DNA of 64,000 nucleotides from Eledone cirrhosa (lineage: Eukaryota), in NCBI GenBank assembly GCA_964016885.1, contig OZ024741.1, positions 381,548,001 through 381,612,000 on the forward strand, written 5' to 3'. The notes beneath the pieces were generated by a model, which searched no databases, was not told the DNA's origin, and was given only the letters and a program-made list of their open reading frames with translations. The position numbers and the translations under genes were made by a program. Positions 1-13,620 of the stretch are shown here, piece after piece (position 1 is the stretch's first letter; each line of letters starts with the position of its first letter).

Positions 1-32
1 AATTAATAACAAAAATACCGATAACATCAACA

Positions 33-1554
33 GTGCGAAGCATTCTAGGTAACTCAGGAGGAATTAGAAGAAGCCCAAAAAATGGTAAAGAAAGATGGTA
101 CAGAGTCAGCCCCCCCCCACACACACACCTAATAAAATGGAGCATCGGCGCCTATGCACCATCTCGAACAATTAATATAAAATCGCGCCGAGTGGAACGG
201 GCATCCGAGTCCCAAATCCAAAAAGCGTTGGGACATGTGTGGCCAAAAAAAACACACATCAGACTTGGGCTGAAGTATGGAACCGTGGAGTGTTCTTTGA
301 AACACCACAGGAGGCTAGAGAACACTCCATGACCCCATTAAGAAGTAACGACTTCACACTCGTCCCAAGCTATTGTGGCCAGAGACTCGTGAAGACCAGG
401 GTCACCCACGTTCCACCGGCCATCGAAATTCCCTGGCTAATAGCTGCCGTCCTCGCCGGCATCGAAGCCAACACCAAGATAATAGCAATAGCGAAAGAAA
501 AGCAGGAGAACTGGTCTGGATCTGGGATGGAGCTCCTGATCCAAGCGGACCAAAAAAGCATTGAGGAGATCCCAGAGGTAATAGACCTCACTGACGGCAG
601 CCACCTCACCGTAATTGTCGAGGGCAGAAGGCCTAGGTGTGTCGTTTGTGGTGAAGGAACCCACCTAAGGGCTTCCCTACCCTCAGGCTAAAAGGTTGAG
701 GCCACCTCTCCTACCGACCCTAGTGATTCAACCAACAACACCTCCAGCAGCAGAGATGGCAGCAACAACTGTAGCAGCAACAACAGAAGCAACTGTAACA
801 GCATCGACCCCAGCAACAGTAGCAAAACCAACACCACCACCACCCAACGCACCAGAACTAGCACCAGCGCCTACATCACCCACCACGCCACAACCAAACC
901 CAACGCCTGTGGAGGATTTTCCAGTCCCCGGCGTATCACAACTGGAGACAGATTGTGATGACGAGGAGTGGGAAACGGTATCAAGATAAAAGAAAATAAG
1001 AAACCAAAAAAGAAAAAAATTCTCTTCCTTCCCCCTCCAAAAACAAAATACAGAGGGAAACAAATAAACTATCAAACAGATAAGTTAGGACAGATATGCC
1101 ACCGTCCACACCAGCATCACCAACCTCATCACCACAAACACCAGCACCATCACCATCATTAACCCCAACACCACCATCACCAACATCACAAAAGTCACCA
1201 AAAACGAAACAGAAAAAACCCCACAACAAACACAAACAAAACAAAACAAACAAAACGATACACACTACACAGCATTAAATTTGAACAACAACGAATTATT
1301 ACACTACATCCAACACAACACCAGCATCACAGAAAAAGACAACACAACACCCAAAAGTTCACACCACTTCCACACATACAAATCACTCGCATCACACAGA
1401 AAACGTACACGACACTAAAACAAAAATTCCCCAAAGACATCGGAGACTTCCAACAAACACTCTCCAGGAGGATTTATAAGGACACCTTCCGGAGGAGGCC
1501 ACAAGCAGTGAAAAGGATGGACAAACCATGCTTCCTCTACGAGAAGTAAGGTAA
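33..1554 (+). pseudogene. LINE ORF1 (gag-like), frameshifted
   Basis: Fragment 239-691 ends in VIVEGRRPRCVVCGEGTHLRAS, a degenerate CCHC knuckle typical of Tx1 ORF1. Pro/Thr-rich low-complexity segments follow. The start is uncertain. Confidence 0.65.
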
Positions 1555-1588
1555 GTGGTCTTTCCCATCTTTTCCACTCCATTTCAAC

Positions 1589-4500
1589 ATGACATCATTC
1601 AGAATAGGCAGCATAAATGCTCGTGCCTTGAGGTCGTCATGGAAGCAGCGCCACCTGCTCAACGACCTCAGGTCACTAAACATAGATGTAGTGGCCATCA
1701 GCGAGACCAGAATCTCCGAAGCACGGGCCTTCGCACCGATCTTCGGCGGCTACGATGTGTACGCATATCCCAGCCGTCCGGGATCGGGGGGTGGAGTTGC
1801 TGTGCTTTTTTGGAGAGGTTTGGATCTCACCATACGGGCCATCTTCCTGGACCCAGAAGGTGCTAGACGTGACCGACGGGCAAGCTTTCAGGCTAGTGGC
1901 CGTCTATAGCCCAACAGGAGCAGGGCGACCTGATTTCTTCCGGCGTTTGGATAACTTTCTTGGAACGTCCCGCTCTTTAGTGTTAGAGGGCGACTGGAAC
2001 GGGAGCTTAGATGCACACTGGGATTGTGTGGGATTAGTGGATAGGGGAGGAGGGTGCAAGAGTCTCACCAACCTGCTCAGGCGTTTTGAACTGTCTGACA
2101 GGTACCGATTGGATTTCCCGAATGTGCCAATGTGGACTTGGACAAATCGCATAGGGTCATCTAGATCATATTTAGATAGAGTATTTTGTAGGGAAATAGA
2201 TAGGTCTAGCATAGGCTGTCCACAATTCAAGATAGTCAGCTACACGGACCACAAATTCGTGATCTGTGTGCTTGACTTAGATAGGCTTCATAGACGAGAA
2301 CCCGGCTACTGAAAGCTAAACGCGTCCTTACCACCACGTAAGGCCTACATAGACCGGATTAGCGAACTAGTTAAGCGAGCGATGACGGGGGCCATCGTCA
2401 ACAACAAGTGGTGGTTTGCTCTGAAAAGAGCAATTCGAATAGAGTCCGTTAGGTTTAGTAAGGCTTTAGCAATAGAGAAAAATAGAGCAGAGGGAGAACT
2501 TGTTAGAAAATTAGACGAGGCGCTTAGCAAAGGCATCGCGATCGACGTACTTGCGGCGAAATTGGCCCTTGACCAATTCTTCAATGCAAAGCACGAAGGC
2601 TGCGTTGTCAGAGCTAGGGTGCGTGCTCTCAGACACGAGGGGACGAAAGCCGTTCAATGTACCCGAGTGGCGGAGGCGCGTCGTGGCAACAAGGCCACGA
2701 TCCGGTCTTTGGTGGACCACGAAAGGCGCAGTCTACTTGATCCCGTGGAAATTTGTGAAGCTTTTCAGTGACACTTCGCACACCTGTTCGGGGGCAGCGG
2801 CGGGCCGGATTGAGGGATGGACTTTAGTGCTGCCGCGGCTCTCGGCCACTGAGGCGGAGTGTTGCGAAAAGCCGATAACAACCGCTAAAGTACGGGAGGC
2901 AATGAGTGGCTGCACAAGGGGTAAATCGCCTGGTTTGGATGGTCTTCCCTATGAACTTTACGTACAGATGCCAGACTTGTTCGGAGGCCTCTTGGCAGAC
3001 GTCTACTGCAACTGGCAACAGAACGGGAGAATTCCCAGCTCTGTGAGCCGAGGAGCTGTGGCGCTGCTGAGAAAAGATCCGAACAAGGGGGATAGCATAG
3101 ATAATTTCACCGATAACTCTGCTAAACACAGAGTTCAAGATTTTGGCCAAGGTGCTAGCAAAGAGGTTGGCGCTTGTCGTTGGTAGTCTGGTGGAAGAGG
3201 CGCAGAAGTGCGCCATTCCCGACAGATCCATCCACGACAACCTCCACCTCATGCGATACATCGTAGAGAGGGTAGCTAGGGAACCTGGCACGGGTGGGTC
3301 TTTGATAAATTTAGATTAGTCGAATCTTTCGATACGGTCGACCATCGTTACCTAGCGGCAGTCCTGAGGGCGGCTGGCTTTGGGCCCGTCTTCAGAGGCT
3401 GGATCTCTGCCATGCACCGCCACATCTGTTCTGTGGTGAGAGTGAACGGTCACCTTTCGTAACCGTTCAACATCATGCACTCGGTCCGCCAAGGATGTCC
3501 CCTCTCGTCGCTCTTGTACGTATTGACTCTTGAGCCATTACTGCACAAACTGGAGACGTTGAGGGGGGTCCCGCGCGAACTAGGATGCGGAAGATCCGTG
3601 TCAGCATATGCGGACGATGTCACCGTAGTGGTGTCGAACGCCAAACACATCGAGGCGATAGGCACTACACTAAGAGATACGAAGCGGTGACAGGAGCAAT
3701 GATCAACCAGGAAAAGTCAGTGGGCCTGCAGCTCGGCACCTGGAAAGGCAGGTTCATGCCGTCCAGCAGCGTCCTCGGGCACTGGACGGACGGACCGGTT
3801 AAATTGCTAGGGGTCTGGTTTGGTCCGGACCTCCAGACGGACAAAAACTGGGACGACGTGACGAGCAGGGTGCCTTCTCTCACCCAGATATGGGCGGAGA
3901 GGAAGCTATCCCTGAAAGGTCGAGCGGAGGTGGCCAACGCGTACATCGCGTCCGTCATCTACTACCGCCTAACCGTCGTACCTTGTCCTAAATCCCGCCT
4001 GACTGCGCTGGAGCGTTTTCTCTTTCGCTTTTTGTGGAAGGGATGCGCTCCGATGGTCAGGCGGTCCATCTGCTGTCAACACCCGCTAAGTGGAGGGCTG
4101 GGCATGCCGTGGCTGATGATGCGCAGACACGCGCTCAGGCTACGACATCTCCACCGCTTCCTCAACTGTGATCAGGTGTGGTCACCGTTTGCTAGACACG
4201 TCTTTCCTCAGCTCATCTCCTTGACGGAGCTGCAGTCCTGGGTCAAGCGAAGACCGAGAGGGAGCGCTTGGAGACTGGAATGTCTTCAGGCGCTCACTGC
4301 CCTCGACCAATCGAGCAATGTGATCGGTGGAAACTCCACCTTGGCGTTCTATAGAGGATTAGTGGAGGGGAAGAGCGACGACGTACGCAGAAACTCTAGG
4401 CGTCGACGAAAATCAACTAGCCAATCTCTTCGGAAGGACTTTCGGGCCGGGGCCTATGAACAACTTCCAGAAATCCCTGGACTGGCAGGGCTACCGAGGA

Positions 4501-4970
4501 GCTTTGCCAGTTCGGGATAAACTCTACAGACATGGAGGTGCCGTCAACCGGGCATGTCCGAGATGCGCGAAGGGCTACGAACCGTCCTGCATGCACTCGT
4601 CCACTGTCCGAACATTGCTGACATGTGGGTTTATGTCGAACACCTGCTGTCGCGTGTAGGTCGGATCCAGCTATCAGCTGAGTCCATCGTGAGGATTGCC
4701 CCGCCCTCTTCCTTTAGCCGGGAAGGGCAGGCAGTTTTTATCTGTCTGGTGTCCATGGCGAAAGAGATAGTATGGTGGACACGTTTGAAAATGCTGAAGA
4801 CGAGCACTTTCCTCTTCGGTGATGCCCTGATTAACTTTTTCAAATTTCATTTGAAAAGGAAAATCAGGGTAGAGAGGGAAGTGCTCTCTTCCCAGCATTT
4901 TGTTGAAAGATGGGTGAAAGAATCCAGTATGGCCCCTGTGAATGGGCTTACACTGAGTATCTGTCTGTAA
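1589..4970 (+). pseudogene. LINE ORF2: APE endonuclease + reverse transcriptase + C-terminal zinc finger, multiple frameshifts and stops
   Basis: APE motifs GSINARAL, DVVAISET, GDWN, SYLDRVF, YTDH. RT motifs KSPGLDGLPYELY, VRQGCPLS, SAYADDV, KLLGVWF. C-terminal CPRC...TVLHALVHC. Confidence 0.92.
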
Positions 4971-5215
4971 ATTAAAGGTGGAAAACTGGGAGAGGGCACT
5001 TGCTCTGGTGGTCAGGGTCACTGTGGCCTTTTAATGGGCTTTCTCTACAAATGTCCCTCGGATGTCTCCACCCTATTGGGGAATTTTTCATTGTTATTAT
5101 TTCATTACATCCCCTGTTTTTTTACACGCAGAAATGCCCATTTGTACCGTCGTGTATTGTCCTGTACTGTCCTTAATGTCTACTTTATGTAAACCCTTGT
5201 GGTTAATAAAGAAAA

Positions 5216-5282
<67 letters not shown>

Positions 5283-6708
5283 TTTATTTCTGGCAATATT
5301 ATAACAATATCAAATTATAACAATATATATAGTTACTATTTTGTGTAGAATCCACAGCGAATTGCTGTATATCTCCTGAGAACTTTTCCGACGTTAATAT
5401 ATTAGGAAAGTCCCCTCTGAACTAATATCGGTAACAATACATCTAAAAATACGCGTGCACTTTCTCTCCGTCTCCCTCTCTCATTCACAAACACACACAC
5501 ACACACGCACGCACACTTCACATACACACACATACACGCGCATGTGCGCAGAGCTTGCACTCAAGCTAGCACACGTTTCTGCACTGATATTACAATCATA
5601 TATATAAGCAATGATATATTTATCCATCTATCTATCTATTTATCTATTTATCTCTCTATATATAAGTGTGTGTGTGTGTGTGTGTGTGTGCGTGTGCGTG
5701 CGTGTGTATATGTGTGTATGTGCGTGTATGTGTGTGTGTCTGTATATTTGTGTGTGTGCAAGTGCGTGTATGCGTGTTTACACATTATTTTTTTTTGTAT
5801 TTCAGCCTCGTAATATGTACAACGATATCCTGATATTCTTATATATATATATTAAATCGTATACATAATATGCTCATACCCCAATGCAAGGGTATTTGAT
5901 AAGATAGATCCTCGAACTATAATAGTATCGTATAAGTATCATATTTCCCACGCTTATCCATCACAACCCTGTTGACATTGTTCTGGCTGTTGTTGTCGCT
6001 GTTATTGCTATTGTTGTCGTTCTGGTTCTCGTTGCTGATATTATACTATTTTGAACGACAACTCTTACAACCACTGACATGGCTATATAAAACAGTTGAT
6101 GTTCCATTATCATATAAACCACATTGACAAAGTTTACAATCGTTTTGGTACTTGAATGGGCAGCAATCTATTTAGCCCAATGCCAAGAGTATACAAAACA
6201 CACCATCAGCGTGACATTTATTACATTGAAATTACATTAATAGGTGGAATATCACTCTCATCATTAAGAGTTCAAAATTATAAGAAATCGTCATAGCTGA
6301 AATAGATCTAAACAATGATTGCAGTGAAAATGCCCCAAGAGGTGCAGGGTAGATAAACTTTATCAAAGAGTCATATATTTGCCGGGCTTTAAGTGACAAC
6401 ATCGAAAATACTCGCCCTGAACATATTGCAGGATCGACAATTCATAATATCTGTGTGACAAGATGATATCAATTACATAATTAATGCCAGTGAAAGGCGT
6501 ATAACAGCAATAACTTCATAAATAAAATTATATAATTTTCCAGAGTATTGCCTTATTCTTCATTTTCGGCAGAAATTCGTTTGCTATAACTCATATGATT
6601 CCAGTTCCTCAGAGAAATAACACAACCAGGAGCTGAACATATCGATGTATTGACGGAGTAAAACACACTTCAACAACATGTGTACCTGTCTTTCCCACAC
6701 CAATTCGG

Positions 6709-6763
6709 ACTGCCTGAAGAGGTCACAGCCAATGATGACTGTCACCGAAATATGTATAGCAGT
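6709..6763 (+). ncRNA. Minimal type I hammerhead ribozyme motif
   Basis: actgc-CTGAAGA-ggtcacag..ctgtcacc-GAAA-tatgta-TA-gcagt: stem I actgc/gcagt, paired stem II, short near-palindromic stem III. (TA)n follows ~60 bp downstream. Confidence 0.75.
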
Positions 6764-6820
6764 ATATCTATAATTTATAATAAACTAAGCCACATTTTAC
6801 ATATTTGACTTAATTATTTT

Positions 6821-6876
<56 letters not shown>

Positions 6877-6965
6877 TATATATCACTATCCTTGATGTCT
6901 TCCAAAAGTAACGGTTGCATTTTGAAATGTACGTCAATGTTTATTTATAAGACTGGTATATATTG

Positions 6966-7030
6966 TATTTTGTCTGATGAAAGCAAACCATAATTTAACA
7001 TGGTATCCTTGAAATATGTATAATAAAATA
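6966..7030 (+). ncRNA. Minimal type I hammerhead ribozyme motif
   Basis: tattttgt-CTGATGA-aag..acca..tggt..ctt-GAAA-tatgta-TA-ataaaata: 8-bp stem I, canonical core. (TA)n follows 40 bp downstream. Confidence 0.8.
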
Positions 7031-7069
7031 GATATGGTTTTATAAATATAGTTTCCATTTGTTAATATC

Positions 7070-7172
<103 letters not shown>

Positions 7173-7274
7173 AATGAAGTAATTCCATCGGAAAAGTCCA
7201 GGAAAAAAGAGTGCTCTATGTATGCAACAGAGCTTAATTATTATTATTATGTAATAAACAACATAAGGCAATTA

Positions 7275-7335
7275 TTCCATTTACCAGTGGTTTCTTAAAA
7301 GCAAAAGGTTTTGCTTTCAATCCTCAGAACGGGAA
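7275..7335 (-). ncRNA. Hammerhead ribozyme motif (inverted copy of 10656-10715)
   Basis: Reverse complement of the motif at 10656-10715. Confidence 0.75.
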
Positions 7336-7453
7336 AAAGCTGGTTTGTTTATTGAATTTGGATTACAAACCCAAAAATGCAATCTATATGAAAGTGAGGC
7401 TGGAGAAGGGAGAAGGAAAGGAAAAATAAAATAAAATAAAACGACGCATGCAA

Positions 7454-7484
<31 letters not shown>

Positions 7485-7505
7485 CCCAAAAGCATACTTA
7501 CACAC

Positions 7506-7545
<40 letters not shown>

Positions 7546-7755
7546 GTGTGTGTACGCATACACACATACACATACACACATACATATAAAAAACGTACAC
7601 TTACCTACACAAGCACATACATACACACATATACACATACATACATTAATACATATACACACACGCACACCCACACACACACACACATACACACACACAC
7701 ACACACGCACACACACACACACACGCACATATCCACACACATATATATATATATA

Positions 7756-7795
<40 letters not shown>

Positions 7796-7989
7796 TATAC
7801 ATATACACACATACACATACACACACATACACATGTGTGTGTACAAGCATACACATACACAAACATAGCCATACACACACACATATATATACACACATAC
7901 ATACATTCACACAAACATACAAAACGTACATACATACACATACATGAATGGACTCCTCTACATATTCGCACACGCAAATAAAAATATGA

Positions 7990-8020
<31 letters not shown>

Positions 8021-8081
8021 TATTTTTAAAATTTTTGACAGCGATACATGACCCAGCTAACAGGACAGACACGCGTAGTAA

Positions 8082-8753
8082 GTATGGTTCACACCCCCCT
8101 TCTCTCTAAATGTCAAAACTAATGTAGGAAGGAAATTCCTTGAACTATTAGACAAACATTTTCCTCCTATTCATAGATATTATAAGATTTTTAATAGGAA
8201 TGTAGTTAAGATCAGCTACTCTTGTTGCCCATCCATGAAGTCCAAAATCACCAGTTCAAACCGTACGAGGATAAATCCAGGATGCAGTTGCAGGAAGCCG
8301 GATGAATGCCCATTGCAGGGTAAATGTAACACAAAATCTGTCGTTTATGAGGCTAAGATAACGCCAGTTATCAACAACCAGCCAGCCAGAAGTGAGCGAT
8401 ATGTCGGTATGACCCAGGACAGGTTTAAAACCAGATTTTACTCACATGTCGCTTCTTTTAAACACTCAGATAAACGAACATCAACGGCCCTCGCAAGTAA
8501 GGTATGGGATCTCAAGGATAGTAATATCCCGTACTCTATTGATTGGTCTATATTAGACCATTCGAGGGAGTACCAAAGGGGCACAAAGAATTGTTCTTTG
8601 TGTACCACAGAAAAGTATAGGATTTTGCTAAACTTGAGAGCCACTTCCGCTTGCCTTAACTCAAAGACTGAGATCTTCAGATGCTGTCCTCATCTGAAAT
8701 TGCATCTGATCTGTAACTGGATTGACACTCCTACGATAAATCAACCGCCTTGA
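8082..8753 (+). pseudogene. PLE linker + GIY-YIG endonuclease (5'-truncated ORF)
   Basis: The frame is open from 8082 (VWFTPPFSLNVKTNVGRKFLELLDKHFPPIHRYYKIFNRNVVKISYS) through CSCRKPDECPLQGKC, SVVYEAKI..YVGMT and CSLC..E. It is homologous to the C-terminus of the 37-39 kb ORF. Confidence 0.88.
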
Positions 8754-9002
8754 ACTCCTTCTCTGCTCTTTACTTCTGCTACGGTTTTTATTTTGCTGAT
8801 TCTACCTTCTGTACGCTTGTATATTTAAAATTTTTTCTCTTTTACCTCCCTTATATTTTTACCTCCTCTTAGCCCCCCCCCTATATTATTTTTGTTTTGC
8901 CCTCCACATACCTATGTGTATGTATTTTTGTGTGTATATATATGTGTGTATATATATATATATATGTATGTATGTGTGTATGTATATATGGGTGTGTATG
9001 TA

Positions 9003-9057
<55 letters not shown>

Positions 9058-9135
9058 TTGTGTATGTGTATATATATGTATATTTGTGTATGTATATGTT
9101 TGTATATGTGGATAAACCAGGTGTTTTTCACTTTT

Positions 9136-9195
9136 TTTCATTCTGAAGACTGAAGGAAACATTTTTTGCTTTTAAGAAACCTCTGGTGAATGGAA
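9136..9195 (+). ncRNA. Degenerate hammerhead motif (paralog of 10656-10715)
   Basis: ttcatt-CTGAAGA-..-GAAA-cctctgg-TG-aatgg. The cleavage triplet GUG is non-permissive and stem II is decayed. Confidence 0.5.
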
Positions 9196-9359
9196 TAATT
9201 GCCTTATGTTGCTTTATTACCTTACTACTATATATACGTTTATGTAAGGTTCATTTGTCTTTGCTAATACTGAGTTTTACACATACACACATGTATATGT
9301 GTGTGTGTATGTGTATGCACATGTGTATATGTACGCATGTGTGTATATGTGTGTGTATG

Positions 9360-9408
<49 letters not shown>

Positions 9409-9641
9409 GTATGTATGTATGTATGTGTGTGTGTGTGTTTATTATTTTATTATTTTTTTTATGTATATATGTGTGTGTGTGGTTGTGTGTGTGTGTGTGT
9501 GTGTATGTGTGTGTGTATTTGTTTTTGGTTGTGCGTGTTTTTGATATATACGTATTTGCATGTGTATAATTGTTTAGCTATGTATGTATATGTGTGTTTA
9601 CGTATATGCGTGTGTGTGTGTGTGCGTTTATATATTTTGTG

Positions 9642-9672
<31 letters not shown>

Positions 9673-9695
9673 GTGTGTATGTGTATATATGTGTT

Positions 9696-9726
<31 letters not shown>

Positions 9727-9958
9727 GTGTGTGTGTGTGTATATAATTACATATACATATGTGTGTGTGTTTAATATGTATACGTGTGCGTGTTTGTGTA
9801 TGTATGTGTTTTTGTGTTTGTTTATGTATATTTATGTGTGAGAGTGTGTGTATGTGTTTACTGTTTCGTACGTATGTGTGCGTGCTTTTTTGTGTGTATT
9901 ACTTACTACGCGTGTCTGTCCTGTTAGCTGGGTCATGTATCGCTGTCAAAAATGTTAA

Positions 9959-10021
<63 letters not shown>

Positions 10022-10213
10022 TTATTTTTATTTGCGTGTGCGAATATGTAGAGGAGTGCATTCATGTATGTGTATGTATGTACGTTTTGTATATTTGTGT
10101 GAATGTATGTATGTGTGTATATATATGTGTGTGTGTATGGCTATGTTTGTGTATGTGTATGCTTGTACACACACATGTGTATGTGTGTGTATGTGTATGT
10201 GTGTATATGTATA

Positions 10214-10259
<46 letters not shown>

Positions 10260-10301
10260 TATATATATATATATGTGTGTGGATATGTGCGTGTGTGTGT
10301 G

Positions 10302-10354
<53 letters not shown>

Positions 10355-10655
10355 TAATGTATGTATGTGTATATGTGTGTATATATGTGCTTGTGTAGGT
10401 AAGTGTACGTTTTTTATATATATGTGTGTATGTGTATGTGTGTATGCGTACACACACACATATATATATATATACGTATATATGCATGTGTGTGTAAGTA
10501 TGCTTTTGGGGCTTTTTTTTTTTTTTGTGTGTGTGTTTGCATGCGTCGTTTTATTTTATTTTATTTTTCCTTTCCTTCTCCCTTCTCCAGCCTCACTTTC
10601 ATATAGATTGCATTTTTGGGTTTGTAATCCAAATTCAATAAACAAACCAGCTTTT

Positions 10656-10715
10656 TCCCGTTCTGAGGATTGAAAGCAAAACCTTTTGCTTTTAAGAAAC
10701 CACTGGTAAATGGAA
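10656..10715 (+). ncRNA. Type I hammerhead ribozyme motif in PLE 3' end
   Basis: ccgtt-CTGAGGA-ttgaaagcaaaa cc ttttgcttttaa-GAAA-ccactgg-TA-aatgg: long stem II, near-palindromic stem III, GUA triplet. Confidence 0.8.
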
Positions 10716-10796
10716 TAATTGCCTTATGTTGTTTATTACATAATAATAATATATATATATATATATATTTGTGTCTGTGTGTCTGTGTTTAGTTAC

Positions 10797-10846
<50 letters not shown>

Positions 10847-11502
10847 CACACACACATATATATATGTATATATATATATAGGAGATTTACATATTAACAT
10901 CATTGTGAGCGTAGTCACGTTCCAAACCGATGAGATGATAGCGGTTTTCATTTCAAACACGCCATACGAATAAGTTACAGTGACAGATATGCACATACTT
11001 ATGCTTTTTACTAGTCTTGTTAAAATATGTTACGATATTTCATAAGCACCCATTCACTCCAAGAAAAAAAAGGTAATATATCTTATGAATACGTACTTTT
11101 ATATGTACGGATGTTTTAACGAACGGAATAAGTGATATTTCATTCAATCTCATGCAATCACACACGTGTGTCGGCGTGTGCCCATATACATACAGACGCA
11201 AGTATATATGTACTAGCAGTACGCCAAGAGAAATATCCTTGAGGTATATATGGTGGTAAAATAAATTAGTTAGATATGTATAAGAAGGATGAAAATATTA
11301 ATGGAGGGTGGTGTGGTTAGTAGGAATGGAGATGTTAATAGTAATAGGAAATAATTGTAATAGTCGTAATAACGATTATAAAAATGGTGATATAAATACT
11401 AATTTTGGTAATTAATAGGATGCTGGTGGTGTATGTGGGTGGCTGTTGTGTGGGGTACGTGTTCAAGTGGGTGAGAGTGGTTAATACATGGTGTTATGTT
11501 TA

Positions 11503-11688
11503 ATAATTGTTTCTACTTTTCGCACAAGGCCAGCAATTATCCAGTGTATTACTGGTACTTTATTTTATCGACCCCTTAAGGATGAAAGGCAAAGTTCACC
11601 TCGGCGGGTTTTGAACTCAGTCTGTAAAGGGACGTAACTGTGCCGAAAAGCATGGCGTCCGACCCTCTACCGATACTGCCAATCCACC
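11503..11688 (-). mobile_element. tRNA-derived SINE (family A)
   Basis: On the minus strand: GGTGGATTGGCAGTATCGGTAGAG A-box, GAGTTCAAA B-box, central CTTTGCCTTTCATCCTT..GGGGTCGATAAAATAAAGTACCAG domain. Multiple copies in the window. Confidence 0.85.
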
Positions 11689-11859
11689 GTGTTATGTTTA
11701 ATAATGAGGGACATGATGAACAATATAATATTTTCAAGGAGAACAATGGTAATGAATGTAACAGTTGGTAATGAGGACGATGATAGTGTTGATGAGACAT
11801 GATCATAAGTGTAGTAATTGATAGGATGTTGTATGTGTACCTAGTCATGTCTATGTTCA

Positions 11860-13620
11860 TGTGGTTAGGTTGTGGTCTATCCGTTCTTTATGTCCGAATA
11901 CCATGGCGGAGAATGTATGTGTCTTTCCTTCTCTCAAGCTTACGAAGATTTCCCATTTTGATTTAATGATCTCAGCCGACTTCGCCAAACACAACCTGCA
12001 GTGGCTTCCTCCAGTGGAATGTTGTGTCACGCGTCTCCTTACGGACCATTTGTTCTGTATTTCACGTTTCTGTACTTGAGGTTGCAGATCAACTTGGCCA
12101 GTCTTGTTTGCGAACTCATAGGTCTGTCGCTGAAGGTCGTTGTATGGTTGTATTGTCGTTCTTTAAAGGTTGTTGAGGTAGCACCTATATACGTGTATTC
12201 TGTATGCCCAGACATCGTACTGCTATAAAATGTTCCTGATGAGGCACTCTCTGCCCAGTGGGCATTCCTCTGACTTTTTGCAGTTGCACCGAGGGTCGGG
12301 TGCATTATTGGCATGTTAGTAGGTCTAATTTTGGCTTGTGTTCGCTTGTTGTTGTTCATGTTGCGTATTGACTGTGTGGTGTTATTTTGTGTTTTGTTAA
12401 TGGTTGTTTGGCGTGCTAGTTTATGTTTGTCTATTTTGGTCCTATTAGGATATACTATAGTGTTGGCTAGATTGGGTGTTGTGGAAAAGGAGAATGTTAT
12501 GAATGTTTGTTAAATAACTTGTGGTATTTGTGTGAGGGGGTGGAACGGATTAGTCAAGGGCTGTGAAGAATGTTCCGGGGACATTGATAAAAACGTGTAT
12601 CGTGTACGGGGCGTCGTACCATGGCACGGTACTGCTTCGAGTCCTACGATGTTTAGTGTGGTTGTTGTGGCTTGGTGTGGTTGTGTGCGTGTTGTGGTGA
12701 AGCGTAACTTTCTTATGTGCTCTGGTGTTTTTGTACCGTTTAATTGTTTGTCCCTGTTAATTTGTGTGTGTGTGTTAGGCGCTCTGTCCTTATAGGTGAA
12801 TGAGTATTTGGCTTTACCACCTTTGGTGTGGTGAGTGCCATTACCTGGTATGTCAGGTAATGGTGGTCGTTGAGTGGTATTCATCCTAGGGGATACGCTC
12901 TTATCAATATATGTTGCCGAAGGCCTGTGTTGATTGGGTAACGTTGTGTTGTGAGTCTGATCGTCATAGGTCATGATACCTTCGTATCCAAACCTATCTA
13001 GTGCTGAGTTGTAATATTCCGTGTGGTGGTTGAAGATAGATCTGTTAGCCGATAGAATGAACACTGTTAGATACAATCTTAACTATAGAGTTAATAACGT
13101 TCTTTCGGTCGTTTGAGTGTATATTAGCATATTTCAAGTTTTCGTTAGGTTTATGATATGGTCGGTACAAACCTATGCCTAGCTCTAGTGTTACGTCTAA
13201 TAAATTAACTGTCCTATTGTTACGTTATATATCTACCGCCAGGCCGTAGTTCTTAAATAAGTACCTAAGTAATTTATGTAGTCTTTCTATTTGGCTAATG
13301 TCAAATCCACGGGTTGTGAGCAGAACTTCGTCTCAATACAGTCTTTCTCTTAAGCTAGGGATCTCGTCTGTTAATTTCCGTAGGAGATACAAGCCGACAA
13401 CGTCCGTGATTTGTGCGGAAGCGCTCGTCGCCATCGTAATGTCAAAGTTCTCGGGTCTATTTTGTCTCATCCATAGCCTACCGTCGAATTCTAGTAGTGT
13501 TTTCCTAGCTACTATGATGATGCCAACTTGTTTTCTAGTGAGGCTGGATCTATTAATGGCTGAGATCAATGCCTTGTTCAAGATGAAAAGGCGATATTGA
13601 ATCATAGTAGTTCGAAATGT
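11860..13620 (-). pseudogene. Decayed Penelope-like element (RT C-half, linker, GIY-YIG)
   Basis: Minus-strand fragments FDITMATSASAQITDVVGLYLL (RT), LSANRSIFNHHTEYYNSALDRFGY (thumb) and TYIGATSTTFKERQYNH (GIY-YIG), all homologous to the 37-39 kb ORF. Confidence 0.85.

Larger units (their letters stand above)
1..5287 (+). mobile_element. Tx1/L1-clade non-LTR retrotransposon, decayed, 5' end cut by the window edge
   Basis: ORF1-like region followed by APE-RT-zinc-finger ORF2 fragments in order. The 3' UTR has AATAAA at ~5205, followed directly by a (TTA)n tail at ~5217-5285. Confidence 0.9.
7240..10750 (+). mobile_element. 5'-truncated Penelope-like element with an inverted copy of its 3' end
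   Basis: 7240-8084 is the reverse complement of ~9900-10750. The GIY-YIG coding remnant (8082-8753) lies between the arms, and there are HHR motifs near the ends. Confidence 0.88.

Noticed and set aside
12236-12280. CTGATGA followed by a hairpin
   Set aside because: Lies antisense within decayed PLE coding sequence, with no GAAA or stem III.
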